DNA from: Desulfovibrio sp.
GTDB taxonomy: Bacteria > Desulfobacterota > Desulfovibrionia > Desulfovibrionales > Desulfovibrionaceae
DNA: 64,000 nucleotides
Assembly: GCA_017528345.1 (NCBI GenBank)
Contig: JAFXOX010000068.1
Coordinates: 2,097-66,096 of the forward strand
Reading direction: 5' to 3'
Shown here: one piece after another, positions 47,054 through 56,530 of the stretch
Layout: the number at the start of each line of letters is the position of its first letter
Position numbering within the stretch: position 1 is the first letter of the stretch
Translations under genes and position numbers: made by a program
The notes under the pieces: generated by a model
Seen by the model: only the letters and a program-made list of their open reading frames with translations
Databases searched by the model: none
Told to the model about the DNA's origin: nothing

Positions 47054-49744
47054 CTAGGGTTCAAGTCTGATCGTGTAGGCATTGTCAAGAGCAAAATACT
47101 TCTGCGCGCAGGCCTTCAGATCTTCAGGAGTCAGACCTTTTGCCTTGGCTATCAGCTGGCTGCGGAAATCGGCGGGCAAACCAAGAAGTGCATTTTTAGA
47201 GGCTTCGAGGCTGCGTGCCGCAAGACTCTGGCTGGAGCGCAGATATTCGCCAAGCAGGCGATTAACGCCGGAATCAAGCTGCTCCTGAGGCAGATTTTCT
47301 GTACACAGTTTTTCAATGACACGGGCAAAACCCTGTTCTGCCTGTTCAAGTTTGTCAGGCACAGTCCCTATATAAAAACAAAAATTTCCACTCCTAGGCA
47401 AGGTCCGCACAAAGGCTGTGACCGTATAGCCAAGGCCCTGATCATCACGCATGGAGGAAAATAAAAGGCCGCTCTGTCCTGAAAGAATGTTGGCAAGCAG
47501 GGCCAGGGCCGGGGCATCTTCATGCTGCATGGGCACTGTGGGGAAGACCTTCAGCAAATGCGCCTGGGTACGCCCTGGAAGAGTCAGGACAAGTTGTTTT
47601 TCTGTGCCAAGTTGCGGTGCCTTGAGCACATCCGCACTTGTGCCGCCACTGAGGTTTGCGGCAAGATTCTGGGCAAAAGAGAGAAGCTGATCTCGCTTGA
47701 AACTTCCGGCAACCGTCAGGATCCAAGGCTGAGACGCCTGTTTTGCCCAAAAAGCAAGCACAGCCTTTCTGTCAAAACGTGCCAAAAGTTCAGGTTTGCC
47801 TAAGTCATCGTAACCATAGACATGGCCTGGATAGAGGAAGGGGCGCAATTTGGCAAAGAGGTAACGCAATGGCTGATCTTCTCTGCTCTGCAGCGCTGAA
47901 AGCATCAGACGGCGCTCACGCTCGATATCCTCGGCTGCAAAACGCGGCTTGGTCAGTACCTTGTTCAGGACAGCACAAAGATCTCCTGAAAACCGTGTAG
48001 GACCGTCCATTTCAAGGGTAAAGCTCTGACGACCGCTGCTGACACTGAAAGAAAGCGCCCGCTGGGCCAGGAACGTTTCAAAGGCATGGGCATCCAGATC
48101 ATCAGCGCCATCGGTAAGAAGTTCTGCCACTAGGTGGGAAAGGCCCTCTTCCTGCGGAGTAAGCAGGGCATTGCCGCCAAATCGTGTCAGATTCAGTGAA
48201 AGATAGGGCGCATGGGTGTCGGGCAGAAGAATGAGTTTGCAGCCATTGAGCAGATTGATTTCTTCCCTTGGGCCCTCCGCATAGGCCTGAGAAGCTTGCT
48301 TATCGGCTTTATCGGCGGGAAACTGTTCCTGCATAATTTTCTCAAAATCCGGAAGTTTGGCCTCTGTCGGAGCCAGGACCCGAACTCTAAGCTGTGCAGG
48401 ATCAAACCACCGTCTCGCCTGAGTGTTGAGCATAGCAAGATCCACTTCGGACAATTTGCTGCGGAGATTGCGCTCACCCACCGCTCCTCCAAGAAGAAAC
48501 TGCACAGTGCCCTTCCAGGCCGCAAGTCCCTGCAGCGTCTCTCCGGCTCGATCCATGCTGTCGCTGATATTCAGCTTGGCACGGGCGATTTCATCGTTGA
48601 GATGGGCGCCAGACAAAAGCTTGCCTTGGCGCAAAGCTGAAAGATCACGCATCAATTCCGTAAAAAATTCAGCAACCTTTTCCTCGCTCAGCTCAACGCT
48701 CACGGAAAGCAACCCTGCACGGGCAAGACTCATATTGTCCACGCTCATGGCATCGCAAAGTTCCTTCTCATAGCGATACTTATGAATAAAACGGGACGAA
48801 GCATCCCCGCCCAAAATATAGCAGAGCACATCGAGCTCAACCGAAGCGAGGTCTCTCAGAGCAGGGGCCGGAAAGGCAAGTCCAAGGTACACCTTCTTCC
48901 AAGGGCCTCGACGCACGGAAACAACCTGGTCAGCTGGCGCCTTAGTCAAATCCACACTTGGCAGGGCAGGAAGTTCCCTGGTATTTTTCATATCCCCAAA
49001 AAGCTGGCTAACGTAGGCGAGCACCTCATTTGGCTCAATGTCACCGGCCACAAGCAGGGACATATTCTGAGGCTGGTACCAAAAATTGCGGTAGGCAGTC
49101 AAAGATTGTGAAGTAACAGCACGGATGGTCGGCTCAAAACCGATAATCGGCCGCCCGTACGGGGTATTGGCAAGAGCCGCTCCTGCCATGTCCTCATAAA
49201 GCTTATGCTGCGGGGAATCTTCGCCACCCTGCAGTTCAGAAACGATGACGTCTTTTTCAGGCTCAAGCTCTGAAGCTGCCAGACTTGCCTGAAAGGCCAT
49301 GTCCTTGACCACATCAATGCCCGTCCGCCAGTGAGCACTTGGGATATCGGTCACATACCAGGTTCTGTCATAGCTTGTGGCGGCATTGAGATAGCCTCCG
49401 AGCGACTCGACCTCTTCGGCAACCTTGCCCTTGGGACGGTGATCAGTGCCTTTAAAAACCATATGTTCGAGAACATGGCTGATGCCTGCCTCCTCGGGCC
49501 GTTCATTGGCTGAACCCGTCGCAACAAAAAGGCGGGTGGAAACGAGAGGGAAGCGACTGTCACGAATAATATAGACGTTCAAGCCATTGGCCAGGCGCGT
49601 TAGTACCTCACCGTCAGCAGGAGCGCTGGCCTTTTCTTGCTGCGGATCTTCTCCCTCAGGCTGTGCCCAGAGAGGAGTCGGGAAAACCATAAACGCAAAA
49701 AGTACAGCTAAAAGCCAGATATCAACACAAAACTTTTTCAGCAT
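47054..49744 (-). CDS. M16 family zinc peptidase (pitrilysin-like)
   Basis: GISHVLEHMVFKG (HxxEH) motif; signal peptide; duplicated M16 architecture. Confidence 0.9.
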   Translation of the reverse strand: MLKKFCVDIWLLAVLFAFMVFPTPLWAQPEGEDPQQEKASAPADGEVLTRLANGLNVYIIRDSRFPLVSTRLFVATGSANERPEEAGISHVLEHMVFKGTDHRPKGKVAEEVESLGGYLNAATSYDRTWYVTDIPSAHWRTGIDVVKDMAFQASLAASELEPEKDVIVSELQGGEDSPQHKLYEDMAGAALANTPYGRPIIGFEPTIRAVTSQSLTAYRNFWYQPQNMSLLVAGDIEPNEVLAYVSQLFGDMKNTRELPALPSVDLTKAPADQVVSVRRGPWKKVYLGLAFPAPALRDLASVELDVLCYILGGDASSRFIHKYRYEKELCDAMSVDNMSLARAGLLSVSVELSEEKVAEFFTELMRDLSALRQGKLLSGAHLNDEIARAKLNISDSMDRAGETLQGLAAWKGTVQFLLGGAVGERNLRSKLSEVDLAMLNTQARRWFDPAQLRVRVLAPTEAKLPDFEKIMQEQFPADKADKQASQAYAEGPREEINLLNGCKLILLPDTHAPYLSLNLTRFGGNALLTPQEEGLSHLVAELLTDGADDLDAHAFETFLAQRALSFSVSSGRQSFTLEMDGPTRFSGDLCAVLNKVLTKPRFAAEDIERERRLMLSALQSREDQPLRYLFAKLRPFLYPGHVYGYDDLGKPELLARFDRKAVLAFWAKQASQPWILTVAGSFKRDQLLSFAQNLAANLSGGTSADVLKAPQLGTEKQLVLTLPGRTQAHLLKVFPTVPMQHEDAPALALLANILSGQSGLLFSSMRDDQGLGYTVTAFVRTLPRSGNFCFYIGTVPDKLEQAEQGFARVIEKLCTENLPQEQLDSGVNRLLGEYLRSSQSLAARSLEASKNALLGLPADFRSQLIAKAKGLTPEDLKACAQKYFALDNAYTIRLEP

Positions 49745-49791
49745 ATGCGTATCCTGTCCGCTTGAGCCTGCCAGGCAGGCATGATCTGAAA

Positions 49792-51543
49792 CTACGCGTC
49801 TGCACACAAAACTCGCCATTGAAAACGCGAGCAGGGAACAGACTGACTGTCATCACTGCTTTCAAGACCAGGCAAAAAAGCCCTGACCACGGGAAAATCA
49901 AGATCTGCGCGCGTGATGTCCACATAAAGCGGTGTTCTTCCCAGGGAAAGAAGCCGTGCCTCAACAAATTGCAGGGCCTGTTCAGCTTGGAAAAAGGAAT
50001 AGGCTGGCAAATCTTCCAGATACCGCTCACTGAGGCCAGCAAGACCCGCGCCCGTCGCACGGCCATAGGGCGCTGGCTGTGTGAGACAGTATGGCCAGGG
50101 TGTTTCCGTCAAAGCCGCAAGAGCCGCTTCTGCGCCTGAAAGCTTACAGGCCTGGGCCCTGACAAGGCTTCCGTCTTCAGCACGCACAAAGGCTGATAAC
50201 ACAGGCAGACCAAATTCATGCGTCAAATCCTGAAACTGCAGGCGAATATTTCTTGCCGCATAATCGTCCAGAAGGGCCTGCAGTCGTGGATTGCGACTTT
50301 TTGCCAAAAAACAGCGCTCACGCTGAAAGGGCATCGAAGCCAGGGCGTCGCGCTCAAGAATTTCCAAAAGCGCATTAAGCTTGGCCTGAGCCAGGCTTGT
50401 CCCGGAAGCAAGGCCAGTGGATGTGGCGGAAAAACACTCAGGCTCATCAGCGTTAAAAAAAAGAAAAACAGCCTGAGCAGGCACAAGAACTTCTCGCCCT
50501 GTGGGATCTGTCGCCACAAGCCAGTGCAACGAGTACTCTGCACAATTTCCATAAGATCCAAGAATTTCTGGATCAAGGGCGTTTTGCCCTGCCTTCCAGA
50601 GATGGACAAAAGAGTCACAGATCAGAGGAAGCGGCTTTTTACGCAAGGTAACAAAAGTTTTTTGACCTTTTTCTTCCAGGGAAACATACGCGCTCGCGCG
50701 CTCCACGATCTCCATGCAACAGGAAATTCTCGCCTGAGCAAGCGATAAACCGCGACCATAGGCTGTGGCCTCGCCTTGCAGAACATAGTCCATGCGCTTC
50801 TGCCTCACCTGAAGATCAATGTTCCAGGATCTCAGCAAGGCAATCGGTGCCAAAGAGGCCTCATGGCGCATTTCACAGCCTGTCAGAAGACCCGCTTCCA
50901 AAAGTCTGTCAGAGGCACAGCGTAAAAGATCAGACGCTGTCTCAAAGCCATTTTCCGCAGGTGCCTCAACAGGATGCAGGCGTGCATAGAGCGCCTCAAG
51001 GCTTTCAGAGGCCTGCATGGAGGCCGTAATGTCCGCAAGCTCTTCTGACGAAAGAAGGGCGTATTCCTGAGCCTTAGCAGAAGACGGCAAGGGCGTTAAC
51101 CAGTTGATATTCTGAAAATACAGTTTCTGCCACCAGGCACGCTTCTCCTGATCCGCAGCTGAGTCGCTGCGTACGGCATGTCTGAGTAAAGAAAGCAAGG
51201 GACTGGCCTGGGCAAGCCTTGCTGACGTATCAGCTGGGAAAGCCTTGTAGAGCTCCTCCAGAGAGGCCTCGTGCAAAGCACACTCCCAAAGCACGGAAGC
51301 CAGGGCAGGTTTTGTGAAAGTATCCGTTGTGCTGTCATAGACCAAGGGAAAAAGCTTCAGAAGATCATGGACAGGTTGCTTACGCAGACGCCGAAAAAGG
51401 GCCGCATGCAGAAAGCTGTCCATAGGCGAGGCTTCCAGGGCCTCGCAGAGCTCTGCCTCAGTGTAGCTGGCATCAGGTTCACAGGAGAAGAAACCTGTTG
51501 TGGCTATGGTTTCGGTATGGGTATAATGGTAGATCAGTGACAT
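49792..51543 (-). CDS. YcaO-like family protein
   Basis: GRG.S..QA..S..MEIVER and STGLASG...A.L.ALLEILERD ATP-binding motifs. Confidence 0.85.
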   Translation of the reverse strand: MSLIYHYTHTETIATTGFFSCEPDASYTEAELCEALEASPMDSFLHAALFRRLRKQPVHDLLKLFPLVYDSTTDTFTKPALASVLWECALHEASLEELYKAFPADTSARLAQASPLLSLLRHAVRSDSAADQEKRAWWQKLYFQNINWLTPLPSSAKAQEYALLSSEELADITASMQASESLEALYARLHPVEAPAENGFETASDLLRCASDRLLEAGLLTGCEMRHEASLAPIALLRSWNIDLQVRQKRMDYVLQGEATAYGRGLSLAQARISCCMEIVERASAYVSLEEKGQKTFVTLRKKPLPLICDSFVHLWKAGQNALDPEILGSYGNCAEYSLHWLVATDPTGREVLVPAQAVFLFFNADEPECFSATSTGLASGTSLAQAKLNALLEILERDALASMPFQRERCFLAKSRNPRLQALLDDYAARNIRLQFQDLTHEFGLPVLSAFVRAEDGSLVRAQACKLSGAEAALAALTETPWPYCLTQPAPYGRATGAGLAGLSERYLEDLPAYSFFQAEQALQFVEARLLSLGRTPLYVDITRADLDFPVVRAFLPGLESSDDSQSVPCSRFQWRVLCADA

Positions 51544-51578
51544 CTTGCCCTACTCATTAAGGGGGAAATTTGAGTAGT

Positions 51579-52313
51579 CTATGGTCTAGCCAGAAGAGCG
51601 TCAAGAATTACGCTCAAAGCCGCCAGCGTCAGAATTGCCGGAAGAATACGGGCAAAGGTCGCCATACGCATGCGTTTGGCCAGAGGGAAAGCCACAAGTG
51701 TTCCCAGAAGTGTTGCCGGTATGGCAGGTAAGGCACAGTTGAGGACAACTTCGCCGTAGAGACCTGCCTGCCATTGCAGGACCACTGTCATCAGACCGCG
51801 GACAATAAAGAAGACACCAAGCGTGCCCAGAACTTCCCGTGGTTTCCACCCGACATAGAGCGCATAGGCCGCTACTGGCGGGCCGTCAAACGAGATGGAC
51901 GAGCCCAGAATGCCTGAGACAAAACCTGCCAAACAAGCCAGAACAGGCGATTGCCCGTGCTTTGGCACTGACAGAAGACGCTGCCAGTAAATAAAGATGA
52001 GCAGCGAGATGCCGACAAAAAGGCGTAGCGCCTGATCGGGGATGTAGATCAGAAGATAGACTCCAGCCCAGGAACCTGGCAGAGCTCCAAGCCACATGGG
52101 CCAGACAGCTGAAAGCTTGCAATAGCGCAGATGCAGGACAACGAGTCCCAGGTCCATGGCGACATTGAGAATGCAGCTGATGAGAATCACATCATGCATG
52201 GAAAGAAACTGGGCAGCTACGGGCACCGCCAGCATGGCACCACCCACACCCACGAGTCCTGAAACAAAACCGCCCATCAGCCACGCCACAAAGACGACCC
52301 AAACCGCCGACAT
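51579..52313 (-). CDS. Sulfite exporter TauE/SafE family protein
   Basis: GFVSGLVGVGG, GPPVAAY; about 8 TM helices. Confidence 0.85.
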   Translation of the reverse strand: MSAVWVVFVAWLMGGFVSGLVGVGGAMLAVPVAAQFLSMHDVILISCILNVAMDLGLVVLHLRYCKLSAVWPMWLGALPGSWAGVYLLIYIPDQALRLFVGISLLIFIYWQRLLSVPKHGQSPVLACLAGFVSGILGSSISFDGPPVAAYALYVGWKPREVLGTLGVFFIVRGLMTVVLQWQAGLYGEVVLNCALPAIPATLLGTLVAFPLAKRMRMATFARILPAILTLAALSVILDALLARP

Positions 52314-52391
52314 CTTGTCCTCGTTTGCAAAGAAGAAAAAAAGAAGGCCGCAAAAGCGGCCCATAGAAATATGCTCTTGACAAGCTGGAAA

Positions 52392-52784
52392 TTAACGCTT
52401 GGAGTACTGGAAACGAGCACGAGCGGCACGCAGACCGTACTTTTTGCGTTCCTTCATACGGGCATCACGTGTCAGGAATCCGGCTTTCTTCAAAATGCCA
52501 CGCAGTTCAGGATCAACTTCGAGCAACGCACGGGAAATACCGTGACGCACAGCTTCAGCCTGTCCGGCCACACCGCCGCCGCTGACATTGACACGCACAT
52601 CGATCTTGTCCACCATCTTGGTCAGAACCAGAGGCTGACGAATGATCATCTGCAGGGTTTTTCTGGGAAAATACTCTTCAAAGGCGCGACCATTGACAAT
52701 GATATTCCCCGAGCCTGCATAGAGACGGGTACGTGCCGTGGCGGTCTTGCGGCGCCCAGTGCCATAATCAAATTTTTCGCTCAT
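52392..52784 (-). CDS. rpsI: 30S ribosomal protein S9
   Basis: [35 protein letters not shown]. Confidence 0.98.
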   Translation of the reverse strand: MSEKFDYGTGRRKTATARTRLYAGSGNIIVNGRAFEEYFPRKTLQMIIRQPLVLTKMVDKIDVRVNVSGGGVAGQAEAVRHGISRALLEVDPELRGILKKAGFLTRDARMKERKKYGLRAARARFQYSKR

Positions 52785-52795
52785 CGCATGGACTC

Positions 52796-53230
52796 CTAAT
52801 AGGGCAAGGTCAAAGGCTTGGGTTGCTGGGCGCTATGAGGATGCTCAGATCCGGCATAGACCTTGAGTTTTTTAAGCATGGCACGGCCAAGCTTGGTCTT
52901 GGGCAGCATGCCACGCACCGCATTCATCAGGGCGAAGGTCGGCTTCTTGGCCATCATATCTTCCAGGGGAGTTGTCTTGAGACCTCCCACCCAGCCGGAA
53001 TGCCGGTAGTACTTCTTATCGTGCATTTTGGTGCCGGTCACTTGAATTTTGGCACAATTTACAACAATGATGTAATCGCCATTATCCATATGAGGGGCAT
53101 ACTCTGGCTTATGCTTGCCACGCAGACGATGTGCGATCTGGCTGGCAAGACGGCCAAGAACCTTATCGGCCGCATCCACGACAAACCATTCGTGTTGGAT
53201 ATCTTTCGGTGTAGGACTGAATGTTTTCAT
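52796..53230 (-). CDS. rplM: 50S ribosomal protein L13
   Basis: [24 protein letters not shown]. Confidence 0.98.
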   Translation of the reverse strand: MKTFSPTPKDIQHEWFVVDAADKVLGRLASQIAHRLRGKHKPEYAPHMDNGDYIIVVNCAKIQVTGTKMHDKKYYRHSGWVGGLKTTPLEDMMAKKPTFALMNAVRGMLPKTKLGRAMLKKLKVYAGSEHPHSAQQPKPLTLPY

Positions 53231-53568
53231 CAGAAATTCAGCGTATTGACCTCAGATGAGAGGGAGAAAACGCCGCCTCCAAATTTTGTTTCGTTGAAAG
53301 GCAAACTGGCTTGCGCAGAAAAACGCGCAGAAAGCCTACAAAAAAATAAAACTTCTCCTCAACGGGGAAAAGGGAGAAGAGTTGGTCGTCACTTGTATGG
53401 TATTTGCTATATTCTGTCAAGTCCCCGGGAAAAACGCAACAAGACCTGCGGCTTTGGAGATGTGTGCAGAAAAGGCAGCTCCAGGAAAGCCTTTGCGCCA
53501 TTTGACAAAAAGCGCCACTCTATGCAAAGAGCTTGGAAAAAGGCAAGTTTCTCAAATAAGGAGTTCCC

Positions 53569-54831
53569 ATGCCGCAATTCATCCGTAAGAGCCTTTTGCA
53601 GCTGATCTTCTCCGGAGCCTATCTCATGCGCTGGAACGACAAGTTGCGCCCGGTGGAACTCGTGGAAATTGACAAACAGGCCCATAAAATGCTGCTTGCC
53701 TGTATTCTCTGGCATCAGTACAGCCTTGAAAACACCTCCGTCAACCGCAGAGATCTTGCCAGAGAAGTCATTGAGGGCGGACTCTTTGACTATTTCTACC
53801 GTCTGGTCATCACAGATATCAAACCGCCTGTTTTCTATCGCATCAAAGAAAATGCCAGCGACTACGCCCGTCTCACGGAGCATGTGCTCAATGAGCTGAG
53901 ACCGGCCTTCACCTCAGCCGAAGAGGAGATGAACAGCTCATCGACTTTTTGGCAAAGAATGTGTGTCTGGCACAGAGACACCAATGAACAGAGTGTAGCT
54001 AGACGCATACTTGCCGCGGCCCATCTCTATGCCTCACAGTGGGAATTTACGTTAATTAAGCCACTGAACAGCTTTGACGACGAAATTCAAGATATAGCCG
54101 CATCCTTCCGAGAGAAACTTGAAGCCTATACAGATCTGCCCGGAATGCGTGCCATTCTCACTCCGGGCACGGCTCTGGCCAAATTTGCCAATCTCTGCGG
54201 TCAGCTGCGTTTTCAGATCCGCTGGACTCGGGCGCCACGCATCCCAGCGACTTCTGTGCTCGGACACATGTTTGTGGTCGCTGTTTTTGGCTATTTTTTC
54301 AGCCTCTCGCTCGATGCCTGCCAGGCCCGTTCCAATAACAATTTTTTCTGCGGTCTGTTTCACGATCTGCCGGAACTTCTGACCCGCGACATCATCTCGC
54401 CCGTCAAACAGTCCGTACCCAATCTACCGCTGATTATCAAAAAATACGAAAGCGAAGAGCTAGAGCGACAAATTTTCAATCCTCTGCGCCAAGAAGGTTT
54501 TCAGGAGCTTGTGGAACAGATTTCTTTCTATCTTGGTCTGAGCATTGGTTCGGAATTTTCCGAATGCTACCGGGAAAACGGTCAGATCAGAAAGATCAAG
54601 GATTTTGCGACCTTACAACGTGAATATAATGCTGATGCGCTGGATCCCAAAGATGGCTTTCTTCTGAAAATCTGCGACTGGCTTGCAGCCTTCATGGAAG
54701 CGCACAATTCTATCCATACCGGCGTTTCCTCACCACAGCTTTTGGAAGCCCGCACCAGGCTCAAGACCAAACTCCAGGAACAGGACCTGCCCTGTCTAAA
54801 ACTCAACGCCCTTCTGGCGGACTTTGACTGA
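53569..54831 (+). CDS. HD-domain protein (YfbR-like)
   Basis: MRWND, SVLGH, LFHDLPE.LTRDI.SPVK. Confidence 0.82.
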   Translation: MPQFIRKSLLQLIFSGAYLMRWNDKLRPVELVEIDKQAHKMLLACILWHQYSLENTSVNRRDLAREVIEGGLFDYFYRLVITDIKPPVFYRIKENASDYARLTEHVLNELRPAFTSAEEEMNSSSTFWQRMCVWHRDTNEQSVARRILAAAHLYASQWEFTLIKPLNSFDDEIQDIAASFREKLEAYTDLPGMRAILTPGTALAKFANLCGQLRFQIRWTRAPRIPATSVLGHMFVVAVFGYFFSLSLDACQARSNNNFFCGLFHDLPELLTRDIISPVKQSVPNLPLIIKKYESEELERQIFNPLRQEGFQELVEQISFYLGLSIGSEFSECYRENGQIRKIKDFATLQREYNADALDPKDGFLLKICDWLAAFMEAHNSIHTGVSSPQLLEARTRLKTKLQEQDLPCLKLNALLADFD

Positions 54832-54861
54832 AGGGAGGCTGCGCAACAGCGCTGATTGCCT

Positions 54862-55584
54862 ATGATTTCCAAACTCCGCTCTCTCCTCATACTTCTCATG
54901 GCTTTTGCTGTTTTTCCCTGTCAGAGCCAAGCTCTCGAGCTGGCACGCAATCTGCCGACCTCAGCCCGTGACATGGAATATTACTATCAGCACAAGCATC
55001 CGGAAAGTCTTCCTGGCATGCTCAAAGCTTTTGACAAAAGCAAACGCTTTGCACGCGGAGAGCTGCGCCTCATCACAGCGGCCTTTCTTGCTGAAATCAT
55101 CAAGCAGCAACCTGAACTTGGCGGCAAGTTTCTGGATCTCGCCAAAGATATGAGCCCCGAGGCACAAAGAATGTTCATCTGGGCCGCACACCTTTCTGGC
55201 CGGGAAAATGTCAAACAGGCCATGCAAAAGCTTCCCGTAAGCCAAGAAAAGGCGCTTCAGCTGCAGCTGACCCACAGTCCGGCACCACTGGAGCGCTGGG
55301 ATATCTATTCAGGCTCAGCGGTTGTGCATATGTACTGGGGTGCTTTTTTTGCCAATGCCAGTTTTCGCTATCTCGATAGCATGATTGATGCCGTTCTCCT
55401 GCACGCACGCCTCAGGTCCCAGGGCCTGGTTCAGGATCCGCGCTATAAAGGCGCTATGGAGGTAGCGGCTTCTCTCTACGAAATGACACCTAGGCATCCG
55501 ATCGTTCGACAACGTCTGGAACAACGTAGCCGCAGCCTTTCCGGACCGGAAAGAGACATTCTTCAGATCATCCTCAAGCACTGA
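54862..55584 (+). CDS. Hypothetical exported protein
   Basis: Signal peptide; WGAFFA motif; helical composition. Confidence 0.6.
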   Translation: MISKLRSLLILLMAFAVFPCQSQALELARNLPTSARDMEYYYQHKHPESLPGMLKAFDKSKRFARGELRLITAAFLAEIIKQQPELGGKFLDLAKDMSPEAQRMFIWAAHLSGRENVKQAMQKLPVSQEKALQLQLTHSPAPLERWDIYSGSAVVHMYWGAFFANASFRYLDSMIDAVLLHARLRSQGLVQDPRYKGAMEVAASLYEMTPRHPIVRQRLEQRSRSLSGPERDILQIILKH

Positions 55585-55614
55585 TTATCCCAGTGCCAGC
55601 TCAAGGAAAAACAC

Positions 55615-55905
55615 ATGTTGGTCCTCCTTGTCCTGATAATCTTCATCGCCGCCCTGGCCGCCTGGCATCTGCTTCTGACACGGCACAGGCAGCATCTCTC
55701 TGCCTTTTTGCTGCGCACGCACTACGAGCTCTACGAGCATCCAAGTCTCTTTGTCAAACGCTTTGCCCAAAGCGGCCAAAGGCGCAAAGCTGACGCTCAG
55801 CTGCGAGATGCCGCTCATTGGCGGGGATGGCTTTTCACGATCGCCCTGCCTCTCGTCTTTCTCCTGCTTTTAACCTGCTCTCTCAAATATTTGTACCTCG
55901 ACTAA
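55615..55905 (+). CDS. Small membrane protein (2 TM)
   Basis: Hydrophobic N- and C-termini; AGGA RBS. Confidence 0.5.
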   Translation: MLVLLVLIIFIAALAAWHLLLTRHRQHLSAFLLRTHYELYEHPSLFVKRFAQSGQRRKADAQLRDAAHWRGWLFTIALPLVFLLLLTCSLKYLYLD

Positions 55906-56088
55906 AACCACAAATACCTCTCATGGACTTCCCCCAGTCGGCACCATACCACCCGTATTTTGAGCCTAAAGGACTGATCGCTCAACGTGAAATGGAAACC
56001 TGGCGCCTCAGTAATGGACTCATTCATATGACCCTGTGACCGGTTGGCTAAAAAGCGCTCAAAAGCACCCCGTGGATAGCAAATTTAT

Positions 56089-56409
56089 CCTACGCGCCGT
56101 AAAACATCTCCCTTCAGGGGGAGGATATAAGGCGCACCGTTAGAATTTTCTTGCCCTTTTGCCTTTCCTGCTTCAAACTCCTTCTTGGCGGCTGGGCAAG
56201 CCGTGTCAGCCTGTGGAGAGATAGTGAGAGCCTTTCGGGAATAGCTGGTTGGTTTTTGCCGTAACATTCCCCACTGTGGGAATTTGACAGCAAAAACCAA
56301 GCTAATATTCCTCTGGGCAGTCCAGTTTTCGCAGGAACCAGCCTAGGGTTTCAGACGTAAGGCTCCCTCCGCTAGGAATCCCCCGACTTTAGGCGGTGGA
56401 GGATGTCAA
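56089..56409 (+). mobile_element. Non-autonomous IS200/IS605 mini-element, copy 2 (321 bp)
   Basis: Follows TTTAT (56084-56088); left-end hairpin CTCCC-ttcag-GGGAG; tnpB tip LAAGQAVSACGEIVRAFRE* (stop 56242-56244); right end GGAATCCCCCGACTTTAGGCGGTGGAGGATGTCAA. Confidence 0.88.
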
Positions 56410-56530
56410 ATTCTCTATAATGCTATAAAGTTTACAATCCGCTGATCCGGTCTATACCTAGATTTTCGGATTTTTTTGGCAATTTTGGTTCAAAACTTGG
56501 GTGAGACCTCAACTCAGGCCTCAGATACCG

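Noticed and set aside
56085-56300. 71-aa ORF-track protein as a real gene
   Set aside because: It lies wholly within the mini-element and is a chimera of antisense tnpB and left-end sequence.
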